DNA of 64,000 bases from positions 256,225 through 320,224 of the forward strand of contig CBDBEG010000052.1 in assembly GCA_965204255.1 (NCBI GenBank), read 5' to 3'. Source of the stretch: Rubritalea sp. GTDB lineage: Bacteria; Verrucomicrobiota; Verrucomicrobiia; Verrucomicrobiales; Akkermansiaceae. Below the pieces are notes generated by a model. The model worked only from the letters and a program-made list of their open reading frames with translations. It searched no databases and was not told the DNA's origin. Both the position numbers and the translations under genes were made by a program. Of this stretch, positions 22,928 to 34,898 are shown in pieces (the first letter of the stretch is position 1; the number at the start of each line of letters is the position of its first letter).

Positions 22928-23947
22928 GAGCTAATGTTAAAATTAAAGGTATCTGTGCGCACAGCTACCCCTGCAATAAATAACGTCACGTCCATTGCTT
23001 CATTTCATTGCCAGTGGCTAAATCTGGCAGCCCAGTTGGAAGGCATGCTTCAGTATGTAAAACTAATACTGGTGCAGTTTAAACAAGGTGTCAATGATGA
23101 ACACGATTAACATCTGCTAGACTCTCTCTCTCACTTTTCCAGATGGTGAGAGATGGACTGGCTTGACATAGGCACTGGCTTGGCGTAGGTTCTGACATAG
23201 CGACCTTCCAGCTGCAGAGCAATCTCCCCCTAACTACCAAAACAGAGATGGCCATATCTGAACTGGGACTCACAGGTAATGGTTCTGGTCTGAATCTAGA
23301 AGACTTGAGAACATTCAACCCAAAGATGTAAGAAAAAACATTGCAACCCAAAATTTTAGGGCATGGTTGTCATTTATCTTTGTATGCGCATGCGCAGTTC
23401 CAAAAATGGCCGTGAAAACTTGTCCGCTACCTAAGGTCAGGGTTCGACTAGTCTCGCGTAGCCATACTCTCGCCGACGTGAGTCTGGCTACGCGAGATTA
23501 GAGTTCGACACACCATGGTTCACACAGGTCAGTTGGGTAAGAATCCTGCATGCAGTTATATCATTGTCGTGCATTGCCATGTAAAGTCTTGCATCAAAGC
23601 GTTGACCATCTAAAACACGTAGTCTTGTTGACGCCAAGTTTCGCCCAGATGAGTGAATTAACGCAGGGCAATTTTATTGAGGCTATATCTGTTAGGCTAC
23701 AGAACTCGCTCCCCCACCCACGCAACTCGACCTCCCGGTCTCGACCCCAGACTGAGAACGGAAAACAGTGTTCCGCTTTGCAATTCACTCGTTCTGGCGC
23801 AATATCATTTTTCACTTTCTACGACATTATGGGAGGAAGATCTGAATTGTATGAGAATATTCCCATGCAAACCTTACCGACTTTCCGACTCTGTCAAGCA
23901 CTGCACCGCTATGCATACAGTGGTTAACGCAAGTCCGAGGCTCTAGC

Positions 23948-23955
23948 TATAAATA
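23948..23955 (+). promoter_or_regulatory. TATA box of gene B3
   Basis: TATAAATA lies 117 bp upstream of the ATG. Confidence 0.6.
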
Positions 23956-24064
23956 TCCTATATCTGCATGATATGGAGTCAAACCAACGAGCTACTCCAT
24001 TCTCACCACCAGTTGTGTCAGAGAAAGAATTACATTACCATTACTCTAAGTATCATCAACGGCA

Positions 24065-24718
24065 ATGTATCTAAAGTCGTTTATCTTTCTTTTGTGCGCA
24101 TATTCTCTTATTTCAGCGAAGCCAGTCTCTGTCAATTTGAGCAGCGGTGACACTACGGCGGAACGGCCGACCTCAATTACTGGACTATCAGGTGATCAAC
24201 CGAAGCCGACCCACACCACGCATAAGCGGCAGGCAGGCGACAGTAGTGTAAATTCGGGCGGCGGATCGGACAACCGCCCTGCAAGCGGTACTGCATTATT
24301 CAATGCCGTCCAGCAAAACCCTCTCTATGCTCTCTCGGAGATGGCAGAGCTTAAACATGCTGATGCTATCTCACGCCGCAAACGCCAGCAGACCGGCTCC
24401 AACGCAAACCTCATTATACCAAGACAGATTTGCAGTAATGTACTCAGCATTCTGAATGATGACTCCATTCATGTTGCATGCCCGTCTAGCGGACACAACA
24501 ATGTGTGGTATCAATGCGAATATCAAGAAAATCGAAACCCGCGTTATTTGATACAGGCTACGAGTTGTCAAACGGATCGGTCATGCGGGAGTCAGTGTCC
24601 TACAAATGGACAGTGCAGAGACCGTAATGCTACTGTGACCATTGCAGAACATACCGGAGACTTTACTTGGCGAAGAGTTTCCACTCAGATCAGACTAGGC
24701 TGCCAGTGCCGACTCTAG
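24065..24718 (+). CDS. Paralog B copy 3
   Basis: 217-aa ORF, near-identical to B2 (V to G in LSS(V/G)D; NANLII). Confidence 0.8.
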   Translation: MYLKSFIFLLCAYSLISAKPVSVNLSSGDTTAERPTSITGLSGDQPKPTHTTHKRQAGDSSVNSGGGSDNRPASGTALFNAVQQNPLYALSEMAELKHADAISRRKRQQTGSNANLIIPRQICSNVLSILNDDSIHVACPSSGHNNVWYQCEYQENRNPRYLIQATSCQTDRSCGSQCPTNGQCRDRNATVTIAEHTGDFTWRRVSTQIRLGCQCRL

Positions 24719-25843
24719 TAGCCAATGAGGTATCAAGTTAGATGCTATAGCTAGGGTAGTTTTGAATTTTAATAGCAGGAAGAGAACTGAACTATAGCTG
24801 CGGCATTCACTCACTTTTAGATCTATAATTATGCTGTATTACTGTGATATTATATATACCTTGAACTATATCACTTATGAACGATGACTTTTAATTGATT
24901 ATGCATGTTTGAAATATTGTTTAATCCGGACAATCATACAGTGGAATCCGACACCCCTCAACAGCGGATACCCGCGATATAACGGGCAATTTTGACATTC
25001 TTGACTGTCGCGCGGTCCCAATTGAACGCAAACAACGCCTAACGAACCCAATTTGGCGGACACCTGTCGACCTTTTCATGAAGACTGTCCACCATCGTTG
25101 CTGTAGATAACAACTTGACGTTAGATTAGCGCTGTTATTCGTAGTACTATAGCCTCTGCTTAGCCTTCCCTGCCAGTGTACAGCAAAGTACAGCTCTGGA
25201 AACGCAGCCCCGCGTTGTCACGCTCAACAGCTCGATTACACATACCACGCCTACCGCTCGCTGTAATGAACAAAATGTTGGTTCCCAATGGTGTCCGTTA
25301 TTGTCACTTCCGATAAATCTGACTGCGTGCTGTATTTCCGTTTTTACCGCATATATATAGGCAAACTCCGAGACATTTATAGCTTTTTTCATAGCGATAT
25401 CCGGCCTTAGTGGTCGCGCGCCGTATGGGAATACCAAGGAAGTTCTCTTTACAAGGTAACATACTGCACCTTGCATGGCCTAACATAGTAAACACCTTTT
25501 CCTGTTCTGATACAATTTAATTTGCACTCCAAGTGGATAGAAAATTATGTAGTAAGGTCTGTGCATGACATTTAGGCTGATCTCCTGCATGCACATATGT
25601 GAGTTAATTAAAATGGTGAATTATATACGCACTGACGTTGGAAATAGCCCAGGATTGTGTTCAAAGTTCTTCATTTTAACTTCCTATTAAATACAAGTAG
25701 CTATACAACCAAGACAGAAATCATGTGAACTATAAAACTATCTGTATATTGTCACTGCTATCTAATGGCAAACTTACAAGCTAATATATGACAACAATCT
25801 ATATATAGCTACACTTCTCAATACTCCTTTCTAATGGTTATAG

Positions 25844-26515
25844 CTATGATCGGCTGTAGTAACTACATCCAACCACCAGTGTCTCCGTCACTGGTTCCCA
25901 CGAGTCGAATCCACTTGAATCACACTGCCTTTGCCGCTTCAGAACTTTAGCTGTGATGGAAACTGGCGACGAACTGCATGAACATTCACTGCATGCGACA
26001 TTGACTACAAATCTTGGAAACACATCCTCCCCGAGGTCTTTAATATTGTGACTCCAAGTGCACTTTTGTGCAGCATTTTGTGAAAAGCATTGTGAATCAT
26101 ATCGCAAACTTCCATACTCTGTGTTAGTTGTCAGCACACAAGCTGGAGGTGAGCTGAGATGTGAGTCCGGTAGTGGAACTCTGGTGAGATTAGATCCAGA
26201 GACATTGCAGTGTTGGTAATACCGGTCTAGGATGTATGACTCGTTTCGCTTCTTGCAGTTGTGGCACGGCCCCATCCCTGCTCCTGCCAAACCTCCAGCA
26301 ATCATGTTAGCCATTGCAGCGGTGTTGATGTTTCCTGTCTGTTGGATCGAGAGCCCACCCACTGCTTGTGCTACAACAACAGAGATGCTGTTGTTGGTGA
26401 CAGATGATCCTTGTGGTGTGGGCAGTGTGTAGGCTGTGTGCAGATGAAATGCACACAGAGCTGCAATGATTAGCAGTTGCATGCTTGCTTGTGAGGTAAA
26501 CATGATGTTTTTCAC
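25844..26515 (-). CDS. Paralog C copy 3
   Basis: 223-aa intact ORF with variants AVGGLS and QNAAQKC. Confidence 0.8.
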   Translation of the reverse strand: MKNIMFTSQASMQLLIIAALCAFHLHTAYTLPTPQGSSVTNNSISVVVAQAVGGLSIQQTGNINTAAMANMIAGGLAGAGMGPCHNCKKRNESYILDRYYQHCNVSGSNLTRVPLPDSHLSSPPACVLTTNTEYGSLRYDSQCFSQNAAQKCTWSHNIKDLGEDVFPRFVVNVACSECSCSSSPVSITAKVLKRQRQCDSSGFDSWEPVTETLVVGCSYYSRS

Positions 26516-26617
26516 TCAAGATAGCTTCGAGGCAGATTTGCAATAAAAGTCTTTATCATTCACGTGCTGTCTCTTGTTGTTGCTGCTAACTGATGACAGT
26601 GGTGTTTCCATTCTCTC

Positions 26618-26625
26618 TATAAATA
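26618..26625 (-). promoter_or_regulatory. TATA box of gene C3
   Basis: Same motif and offset as C1. Confidence 0.55.
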
Positions 26626-27754
26626 CTGGTGCTGAAGCAGGGATAGTGTACGACCCTGGTTCAGAGGGACTTGTTCAAGCTACTCATTCGTTTCATAATT
26701 CATAAGGTGTGAATGGATCGAGGGAGTTGAAGAGACCTTCAGCAATCAGTGATAGTTTCTCTTTGTCTTATGTAAGGGAATTGCTTACTGAAAGATGTTT
26801 TAGGGGTCTATATTATTTCATTTTTCAACTCCCAATATGAACCATGAAGAAATCTTGCAAAATTTGTCCAGTTTCTGTGCCCAGTAGGGCATTCTTTCTT
26901 GTTTGTATTCAGCTGTCATGAAATAAGGCTTCACTGAACAATACAATGCTATGCAGCCATTAAATATTCTTTCACCACTCTAAAGTATTTGTCATAGTAA
27001 ACAATGTGTTGTATTCATGCAAGATTGAACATGAAAGAGTGTTAGTAGTGCTTGCTCTTGGGGGCAAAGACATTAAGAAACATTGAATGTATACATTGTG
27101 ATGAGGTATGAAAGGACTGACAGGGGTGCACAGTTCTTATCACTGACTCAATTATGCACTTTATTGTAGTGGCTGCATGATACTGGGCGGAGGTGTGGAC
27201 ATTTCATTTGAGATTTGTATAGCTATTGGTCACACTTGCAGAGAAGTTCTGGACTTAAATTAATGTTGAGCTAATACTTTAGCAGTTGATGTATTCAGTG
27301 TATGTGTATAATGCACGTTCACATATTTCTGCAAAAATTTTGTACTTATAGTTATATTGCATTCACCATGGTATATTCTCCAAATTTTTTTGGGATATAG
27401 CTACAATGTAACTGTGGAATATAGAGCATATATATGGTATGTACACTTGCTTCCAGTCTCACCCATTTAAAAAAACAATTTCTGTGCATATAGCTGTTCT
27501 CAGGTCTCCAAAGTTTCACTTACATGAGATATCAATACATTTTCACTCAGTGCATGTGATGTTCACTGCAAATCACTGCCTAGAAGTAGTATATGATTAA
27601 TCACTCAGAACCACACTGGTCTAACCTAAAATCAAGTATTGGAAATTGCATGATGCAATAAAAACTTACATACCCTATGAGCATAAGACTAAAATTTGAA
27701 ATTTTAACATTTTCAGCAGCTCCTGAAACACCTATTGAGAGTATTCCCATGTTA

Positions 27755-27777
27755 GGGGGGGGGGGGGGGGGGGGGGG
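27755..27777 (+). repeat. Poly-G tract, G23 (U4)
   Basis: Same flanks as in U1. Confidence 0.9.
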
Positions 27778-29767
27778 CTAACTCAACATTTGTGGGTTAG
27801 ACCACTCTGGTTCTCAACCCTTCATATTATCTTCTGCCTTTAGAGTCTAATAACTATAAATAGTACAGTAAAACCTCTAATAGCTAACAGACCCTCAGAG
27901 AAGCGGACAACCTCTCTACAGTGGACGGCTCACTTGCCCCCGATTGATTTTACCATAGAACTAATACATTTCGAACCTCCGAGAAGCGGACACCTCTCAA
28001 CTCCGAACAACGGACACTGATCAGTCCCCAACGTACCTTGGCCAATACAAAATTACCTCCGAAAACGGACAGTGAAGCTACACCCACATAATGCTGATGC
28101 TTAATCACTGTCATATCTTCTGCCTTTAGAGTCTAAGTAGTATAGGCATGTAGCTAGTGTAATGAGTGTGTGGCATGGTTGAGTTCACACACTATAGGTA
28201 TTAGATATTGGGGTGGTACTGACATACAGTGTATAATATAGGAGAATGTAGAATATTGCAGAGGCAAGGGGTGCTGAAGCACCTGTTGTGGGGTGAGCAA
28301 TAACAGCAATATTGCTTGGCTAGCTAAAGCTACATCAGTGCATAGTTCCAGATCTGATAGGCCATGCATATAGCTGGCAGGAATTGTCATTCCTTATAGC
28401 CACAAGAATGACTGAAGCCTGTCAACTAATGAGTTATGGATTCACCAGGAAACCCTCCATTTCATTCCATAGCTATACATACTTTAAAAGCGAAACAGTT
28501 AACAATGGTTAGGTATCAACACATTTTCATCATTCACATTCAGGAAGTCAACAGGCACATATCCTACTAAATATTAATTCTACTACCAAGTAAGGCTTGC
28601 ATGGGTATTTTCAGTCAAACTGGGAAGAACAACTGCTTCTTGTATATGAAGTTGAAAACAATGAAAGGGACCACATGTTTATGGACGCTTGTAAGTAATT
28701 ACGTTATATACATGATATACATGCACACAATTTTGCCTTTAGTATCTCTTTAAAAAAGCCATCAAGTGCAAAAGTTGCACTGAACTACAAGTTTGGTCAC
28801 AATTGATTAAACCTGTCTGTATAGGTCTCTCTCTGATTGTAGCCCATAAAGCTTTATATGTGTACAGTACCTCAAGTAGTGACTGCAGTGCTACTCAGCT
28901 TAATTTTCATTTATGTTCAAGTTAATTTTTTGGTATTTTTTCTGGTTGTCTGAGAATTAGCTAATGACTAGCTATGTTGAAAGCCTTTATACACTTGATT
29001 GATGGAATAACTGATCGACTGCCAAGTTAACATGTAAATGATGAGAAGTCATGCTTATTGCAAATCAACAATGTGTTTATCATGATTGTCTCTATAATCT
29101 CTTCATTAGCTTCATAGTTACTGCTGGCAGCAAGTAGAGGGTGTATGTATGCATATATGCATGCTGATTAGTTGTATGCCTATATTCAATGTACTATGCT
29201 GATTAGTTGTGGCTTCATTGACTAAAACTAGTCTCATGCCCAGACCGAACTCTCCCACAAGAAAACACAGTCTTGTGATCCAAGTCAATTTCCCTGGGCT
29301 GGTGTAACTTGGGGAAAAGTTCAAAACATGTTGCGACACACCCACTCAAACACTGTTTGGATACCCAACTCAAGATGCAAAGTTCATTGCTGCAAGTAAG
29401 GAAAGAGCTACAGAACATTTAACAATTTCATTGGGCCAAGAAATTTGACTTTGTCCAACAGAATGGTTTCTTGCTGGGAGGCACATGTGGGCTGGGCATG
29501 AGATGAGAGTAAAACGTACCAGCTGAAAATCAAATTGAAAAGGAGCAGTTCTGTTTCAAAATTCATTCATAGTGAGAAGGGTTTTGACAATCTATAGGGA
29601 ACCACCTAATATTCTATAGGGAGTCCTCTGAGATGTTAATTGTTCTATTCAGCATAATGATTCACACCTAACAAACTTCATAGATGATGTGCTCTGGATT
29701 CCATCATGAATGCAAAGTGAAGTTGAATCTCATCACTTCTATAAGTTCTAGCTTGACCAGTCAAGAG

Positions 29768-29775
29768 TATATAAA
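29768..29775 (+). promoter_or_regulatory. TATA box of gene A4
   Basis: TATATAAA lies 92 bp upstream of the ATG. Confidence 0.6.
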
Positions 29776-29859
29776 CCCCAAATCTCATGGTCCTCAGCAT
29801 GGATTACCTTCATTCAAAGAACTTGAAGACAAACACTCATCTGTACTGCCAATGAAAAT

Positions 29860-30546
29860 ATGACAAACAACTGCTGCAGCATTGTTCTTGGAGTGTTCTT
29901 CCTGTTTGCCTGCTCTCTGCAATGCATTAGTGGCAGCACTTCTCCAGATTCATCCCTAGGAAATGTGGTCCTCTATTCTGTGACAAGAAGTACAAACCTG
30001 AATGTCACCCAGTCTATAAGTCTTGCCAACAACATCATGCAGGGTCTGAAACAAAAGGGAATAAGTGACAATGATTGCTGTGGGTGCAAGAAACGATCGG
30101 AAGACTACCTGATTCACCGATTCAAGACCGATTCACGAAACCCTGACTGCCTGCAAGTCAAGAAGATGCTTGAAGGTAACAATGCATCAGTCTTTGCCGT
30201 AACAGCTGACATTAGTTGTGTAAGGCCTACTTATGACTCTGAGTGCTTCCCAAGCAACAGCAAAGCCTCGTGTTCGTGGAGACAAAGTTTTGAGCCCATC
30301 CAGAATGCAAACAGTGACATTTTCCCCAAGTACGCTGTGAATACTGTGTGCAAAGGTTGCAATGAGTATGATTTTGTGTGCATGAATCAGCACAGGCAGT
30401 GCTACACCTACAAACACGAAGTTGGATTTTATGTCCTGCAGAGAACAAACAGGTGCAGCAGTGATGGGTATGAAGAATGGGTGAGCACCTACACTCGACG
30501 GTACCTCAATGCGGCTTGCAGTTGCCAATTCCTCCGCCGTGATTAG
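29860..30546 (+). CDS. Paralog A copy 4 (IL-17-like, inferred)
   Basis: 228-aa ORF with variants NEYDFV and YTYKHEV. Confidence 0.8.
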   Translation: MTNNCCSIVLGVFFLFACSLQCISGSTSPDSSLGNVVLYSVTRSTNLNVTQSISLANNIMQGLKQKGISDNDCCGCKKRSEDYLIHRFKTDSRNPDCLQVKKMLEGNNASVFAVTADISCVRPTYDSECFPSNSKASCSWRQSFEPIQNANSDIFPKYAVNTVCKGCNEYDFVCMNQHRQCYTYKHEVGFYVLQRTNRCSSDGYEEWVSTYTRRYLNAACSCQFLRRD

Positions 30547-31539
30547 TAAAGTAGAATATCTGACCACAATAGTCAGTCATACCTGCAGACTCTAGTCTTT
30601 AGTATCATTTATAGCATATAATTATCATGTATATAGTTGTAGCAGGTTACTGATCTTGATTGTAAACATAGCTATCGTTTAAGAATATGAAATCATTTTG
30701 TTAAACAGTGAAGAAATGTGACCAATCACTTCGAGACGGTTATATGTTCTGTGCAGCAACATGTGACACACTAACAACCACTAGTCTAGCCATGTTCTTG
30801 GAGACAAACACCTGCACTTCATAGAAAAGACTAAATGTATTCAAAGTTGTCTGAGACACTATAGCTAAGTTCAAATAATTTGCTGCAAATCAGTGCTAAG
30901 TTATAAGGTCTACTGATTTGCTCAACTCTTCATTTCCTCATAGCTACCTTTGACCATGCAGTCCAGCTTTCTACAATCTAGTTGTACACATCAACTCATT
31001 GTGTGAAGAAAAGGTTGAAGCTAAATTATAGTCAGGCTCAATGTCTATTGGTGAATAATTTACGCACAATTTACTGGTACTATATCAGTTCTTACATTAT
31101 GGAAGTTTCTAACATAGTTGCGTTAAAAAACCTAGCTACTACTTGAAGAGCTGAATGCAAACCAGGACTCCCAAAGTGGGCTGATTAGTCTTCTGAACTC
31201 TCTTCATTCACACCATACAAACAGATAAGTAGCTGGTAGCTTGTGAACTAAGCTGTTAACTATCCCTGCTTCATGCAGGACAAGTATTTACATGCAAGCT
31301 GACTGTTTGCAACAGACAGCAGTACATAACAGTGCAACATATGAACATTACAGAACAATATTTTCGCAGATTAAAACTTATAGCAGTCGCGCACGTTTCG
31401 CACGAGATCACGTGATACGAGCGGGACGAACATGATCCGGGCACGTGCCCGGCCAGGCCCGGCCTTCGCTACGCCTGTTGCTGTAATCAACTACTTTCAT
31501 ATGCATTCGAAATCTAACACTCACCTGTATTGATCAAAA

Positions 31540-32284
31540 ATGTCCACCTATAGCTACTGTACTGTTGTAGCTATTCTTCTTGGAGTCGACATTCTATTTG
31601 TCTGCTTTCTGCATTGCAGTATTTTCTTCCCTAGGAAATGTTGTCCTCCATCCTATGATAAAACTGAAAGTCTTGATGATGACATCGACATCCTGCAGGA
31701 CATCAATCACAATGACATCCTTAAGAACATCAATATCCTCAAGCACTTAGGAAATGTGGTCCTCCACTCAGGTTGGGAGCGACATAACTGAAAATCTTGC
31801 AGTGACATCCTGCAGGACATCAAAAAAACAAGGAAATGTTTTCCCCCCACATCATTCAGGTTGGGACATAACTGAAAGTCCTGACATTGACCTCTTGCAG
31901 GACATCAACCAAAAACCCAGAATATGGTCCCCACACCATTCAGGTTGCCCGGGGATATAACTGAAAGTCTTGACAATGACATCCTCAGCTGCAGGGCATC
32001 AAACCACAATGATATCCACATCCTACAAGACATCAACCGAAAAGCAAGGAAATATAGTCCTCCATTCAGGTTGGGACATAACTGAAAGTCCTACAGTGAC
32101 ATCCCACATGCAGGATATCAACCAAAAAGCAAGGAATATGGTCTTGATGATGACATCTTGCAGGCCCAACATCAACCAAAGTGACAGGAATCACAATACA
32201 AGGTTTATAGTAAATTTTGCGTGGTGTGGTGCAAGGTACATATTGCAGTTAGGATCTAGGGGGCCTGCTTCTCCCAGTGTTTAA
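31540..32284 (+). pseudogene. Locus D copy 4
   Basis: Same structure as D2, but the first ORF stops at 83 aa because of one substitution (ataactgaaaatc). Confidence 0.45.
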
Positions 32285-33315
32285 TGCACATATAGGAGCT
32301 AACGTTAAAATTAAAGGTGTCTGTGCATATAGCTACCCCTGCAATAAATAACGTCACGTCCATTGCTTCATTTCATTGCCAGTGGCTTAATCTGGCAGCC
32401 CAGTTGGAAGGCATGCTTCAGTATGTAAAACTAATACTGGTGCAGTTTAAACAAGGTGTCAATGATGAACACGATTAACATCTGCTAGACTCTCTCTCTC
32501 ACTTTTCCAGATGTTGAGAGATGGACTGGCTTGACATAGGCACTGGCTTGGCGTAGGTTCTGACATAGCGACCTTCCAGCTGCAGAGCAATCTCCCCCTA
32601 ACTACCAAAACAGAGATGGCCATATCTGAACTGGGACTCACAGGTAATGGTTCTGGTCTGAATCTAGAAGACTTGAGAACATTCAACCCAAAGATGTAAG
32701 AAAAAACATTGCAACCCAAAATTTTAGGGCATGGTTGTCATTTATCTTTGTATGCGCATGCGCAGTTCCAAAAATGGCCGTGAAAACTTGTCCGCTACCT
32801 AAGGTCAGGGTTCGACTAGTCTCGCGTAGCCATACTCTCGCCGACGTGAGTCTGGCTACGCGAGATTAGAGTTCGACACACCATGGTTCACACAGGTCAG
32901 TTGGGTAAGAATCCTGCATGCAGTTATATCATTGTCGTGCATTGCCATGTAAAGTCTTGCATCAAAGCGTTGACCATCTAAAACACGTAGTCTTGTTGAC
33001 GCCAAGTTTCGCCCAGATGAGTGAATTAACGCAGGGCAATTTTATTGAGGCTATATCTGTTAGGCTACAGAACTCGCTCCCCCACCCACGCAACTCGACC
33101 TCCCGGTCTCGACCCCAGACTGAGAACGGAAAACAGTGTTCCGCTTTGCAATTCACTCGTTCTGGCGCAATATCATTTTTCACTTTCTACGACATTATGG
33201 GAGGAAGATCTGAATTGTATGAGAATATTCCCATGCAAACCTTACCGACTTTCCGACTCTGTCAAGCACTGCACCGCTATGCATACAGTGGTTAACGCAA
33301 GTCCGAGGCTCTAGC

Positions 33316-33323
33316 TATAAATA
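33316..33323 (+). promoter_or_regulatory. TATA box of gene B4
   Basis: TATAAATA lies 117 bp upstream of the ATG. Confidence 0.6.
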
Positions 33324-33432
33324 TCCTATATCTGCATGATATGCAGTCAAACCAACGAGCTACTCCATTCTCACCACCAGTTGTGTCAGAGAAAGAATTA
33401 CATTACCATTACTCTAAGTATCATCAACGGCA

Positions 33433-34089
33433 ATGTATCTAAAGTCGTTTATCTTTCTCAGTTTGTGCGCATATTCTCTCATTTCAGCGAAGCCAGTCTC
33501 TGTCAATTTGAGCAGCGGTGACACTACGGCGGAACGGCCGACCTCAATTACTGGACTATCAGGTGATCAACCGAAGCCGACCCACACCACGCATAAGCGG
33601 CAGGCAGGCGACAGTAGTGTAAATTCGGGCGGCGGATCGGACAACCGCCCTGCAAGCGGTACTGCATTATTCAATGCCGTCCAGCAAAACCCTCTCTATG
33701 CTCTCTCGGAGATGGCAGAGCTTAAACATGCTGATGCTATCTCTCGCCGCAAACGCCAGCAGACCGGCTCCAACGCAAACGTCATTATACCAAGACAGAT
33801 TTGCAGTAATGTACTCAGCATTCTGAATGATGACTCCATTCATGTTGCATGCCCGTCTAGCGGACACAACAATGTGTGGTATCAATGCGAATACCAAGAA
33901 AATCGAAACCCGCGTTATTTGATACAAGCTACGAGTTGTCAAACGGATCGGTCATGCGGGAGTCAGTGTCCTACAAATGGACAGTGCAGAGACCGTAATG
34001 CTACAGTGACCATTGCAGAACATACCGGAGACTTTACTTGGCGAAGAGTTTCCACTCAGATCAGACTAGGCTGCCAGTGCCGACTCTAG
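33433..34089 (+). CDS. Paralog B copy 4
   Basis: 218-aa ORF. It has the B2-type mature region with the B1-type signal-peptide length. Confidence 0.8.
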   Translation: MYLKSFIFLSLCAYSLISAKPVSVNLSSGDTTAERPTSITGLSGDQPKPTHTTHKRQAGDSSVNSGGGSDNRPASGTALFNAVQQNPLYALSEMAELKHADAISRRKRQQTGSNANVIIPRQICSNVLSILNDDSIHVACPSSGHNNVWYQCEYQENRNPRYLIQATSCQTDRSCGSQCPTNGQCRDRNATVTIAEHTGDFTWRRVSTQIRLGCQCRL

Positions 34090-34898
34090 TAGCCAATGAG
34101 GTATCAAGTTAGATGCTATAGCTAGGGCAGTTTTGAATTTTAATAGCAGGAAGAGAACAGAACTATAGCTGCGGCATTCAGTCACTTTTAGATCTATAAT
34201 TATGCTGTATTACTGTGATATTATATATACCTTGAACTATATCACTTATGAACGATGACTTTTAATTGATTATGCACGTTTGAAATATTGTTTAATCCGG
34301 ACAATCATACAGTGGAATCCGACACCCCTCAACAGCGGATACCCGCGATATAACGGCCAATTTTGACATTCTTGACTGTCGCGCGGTCCCAATTGAACGC
34401 AAACAACGCCTAACGAACCCAATTTGGCGGACACCTGTCGACCTTTCCATGAAGACTGTCCACCATCGTTGCTGTAGATAACAACTTGACGTTAGATTAG
34501 CGCTGTTATTCGTAGTACTATAGCCTCTGCTTAGCCTTCCCTGCCAGCGTACAGCAAAGTACAGCTCTGGAAACGCAGCCCCGCGTTGTCACGCTCAACA
34601 GCCCGATTACACATACCACGCCTACCGCTCGCTGTAATGAACAAAATGTTGGTTCCCAATGGTGTTCGTTATATAGAGGTGTTCCAATATATTGCCACTT
34701 CCGATACATCTGACTGCGTGCTGTATTTCCGTTTTTACCGCATATACATGTATATAGGCAAACTCCGAGACATTTATAGCTTTTTCATAGCGATATCCGA
34801 CCTTAGTGGTCGCGCGCCGTGTGGGAATACCAAGGAAGTTCTCTTTACAAGGTAACATACTGCACCTTGCATGGCCTAACGTAGTAAGCACCTTTTCC

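Larger units (their letters stand above)
18157..27309. repeat. Tandem macro-repeat unit U3 (A3-D3-B3-C3)
   Basis: Collinear with U2. There is a ~57-bp deletion at the unit junction (18156/18157) and a ~180-bp deletion at about 19360. Confidence 0.9.
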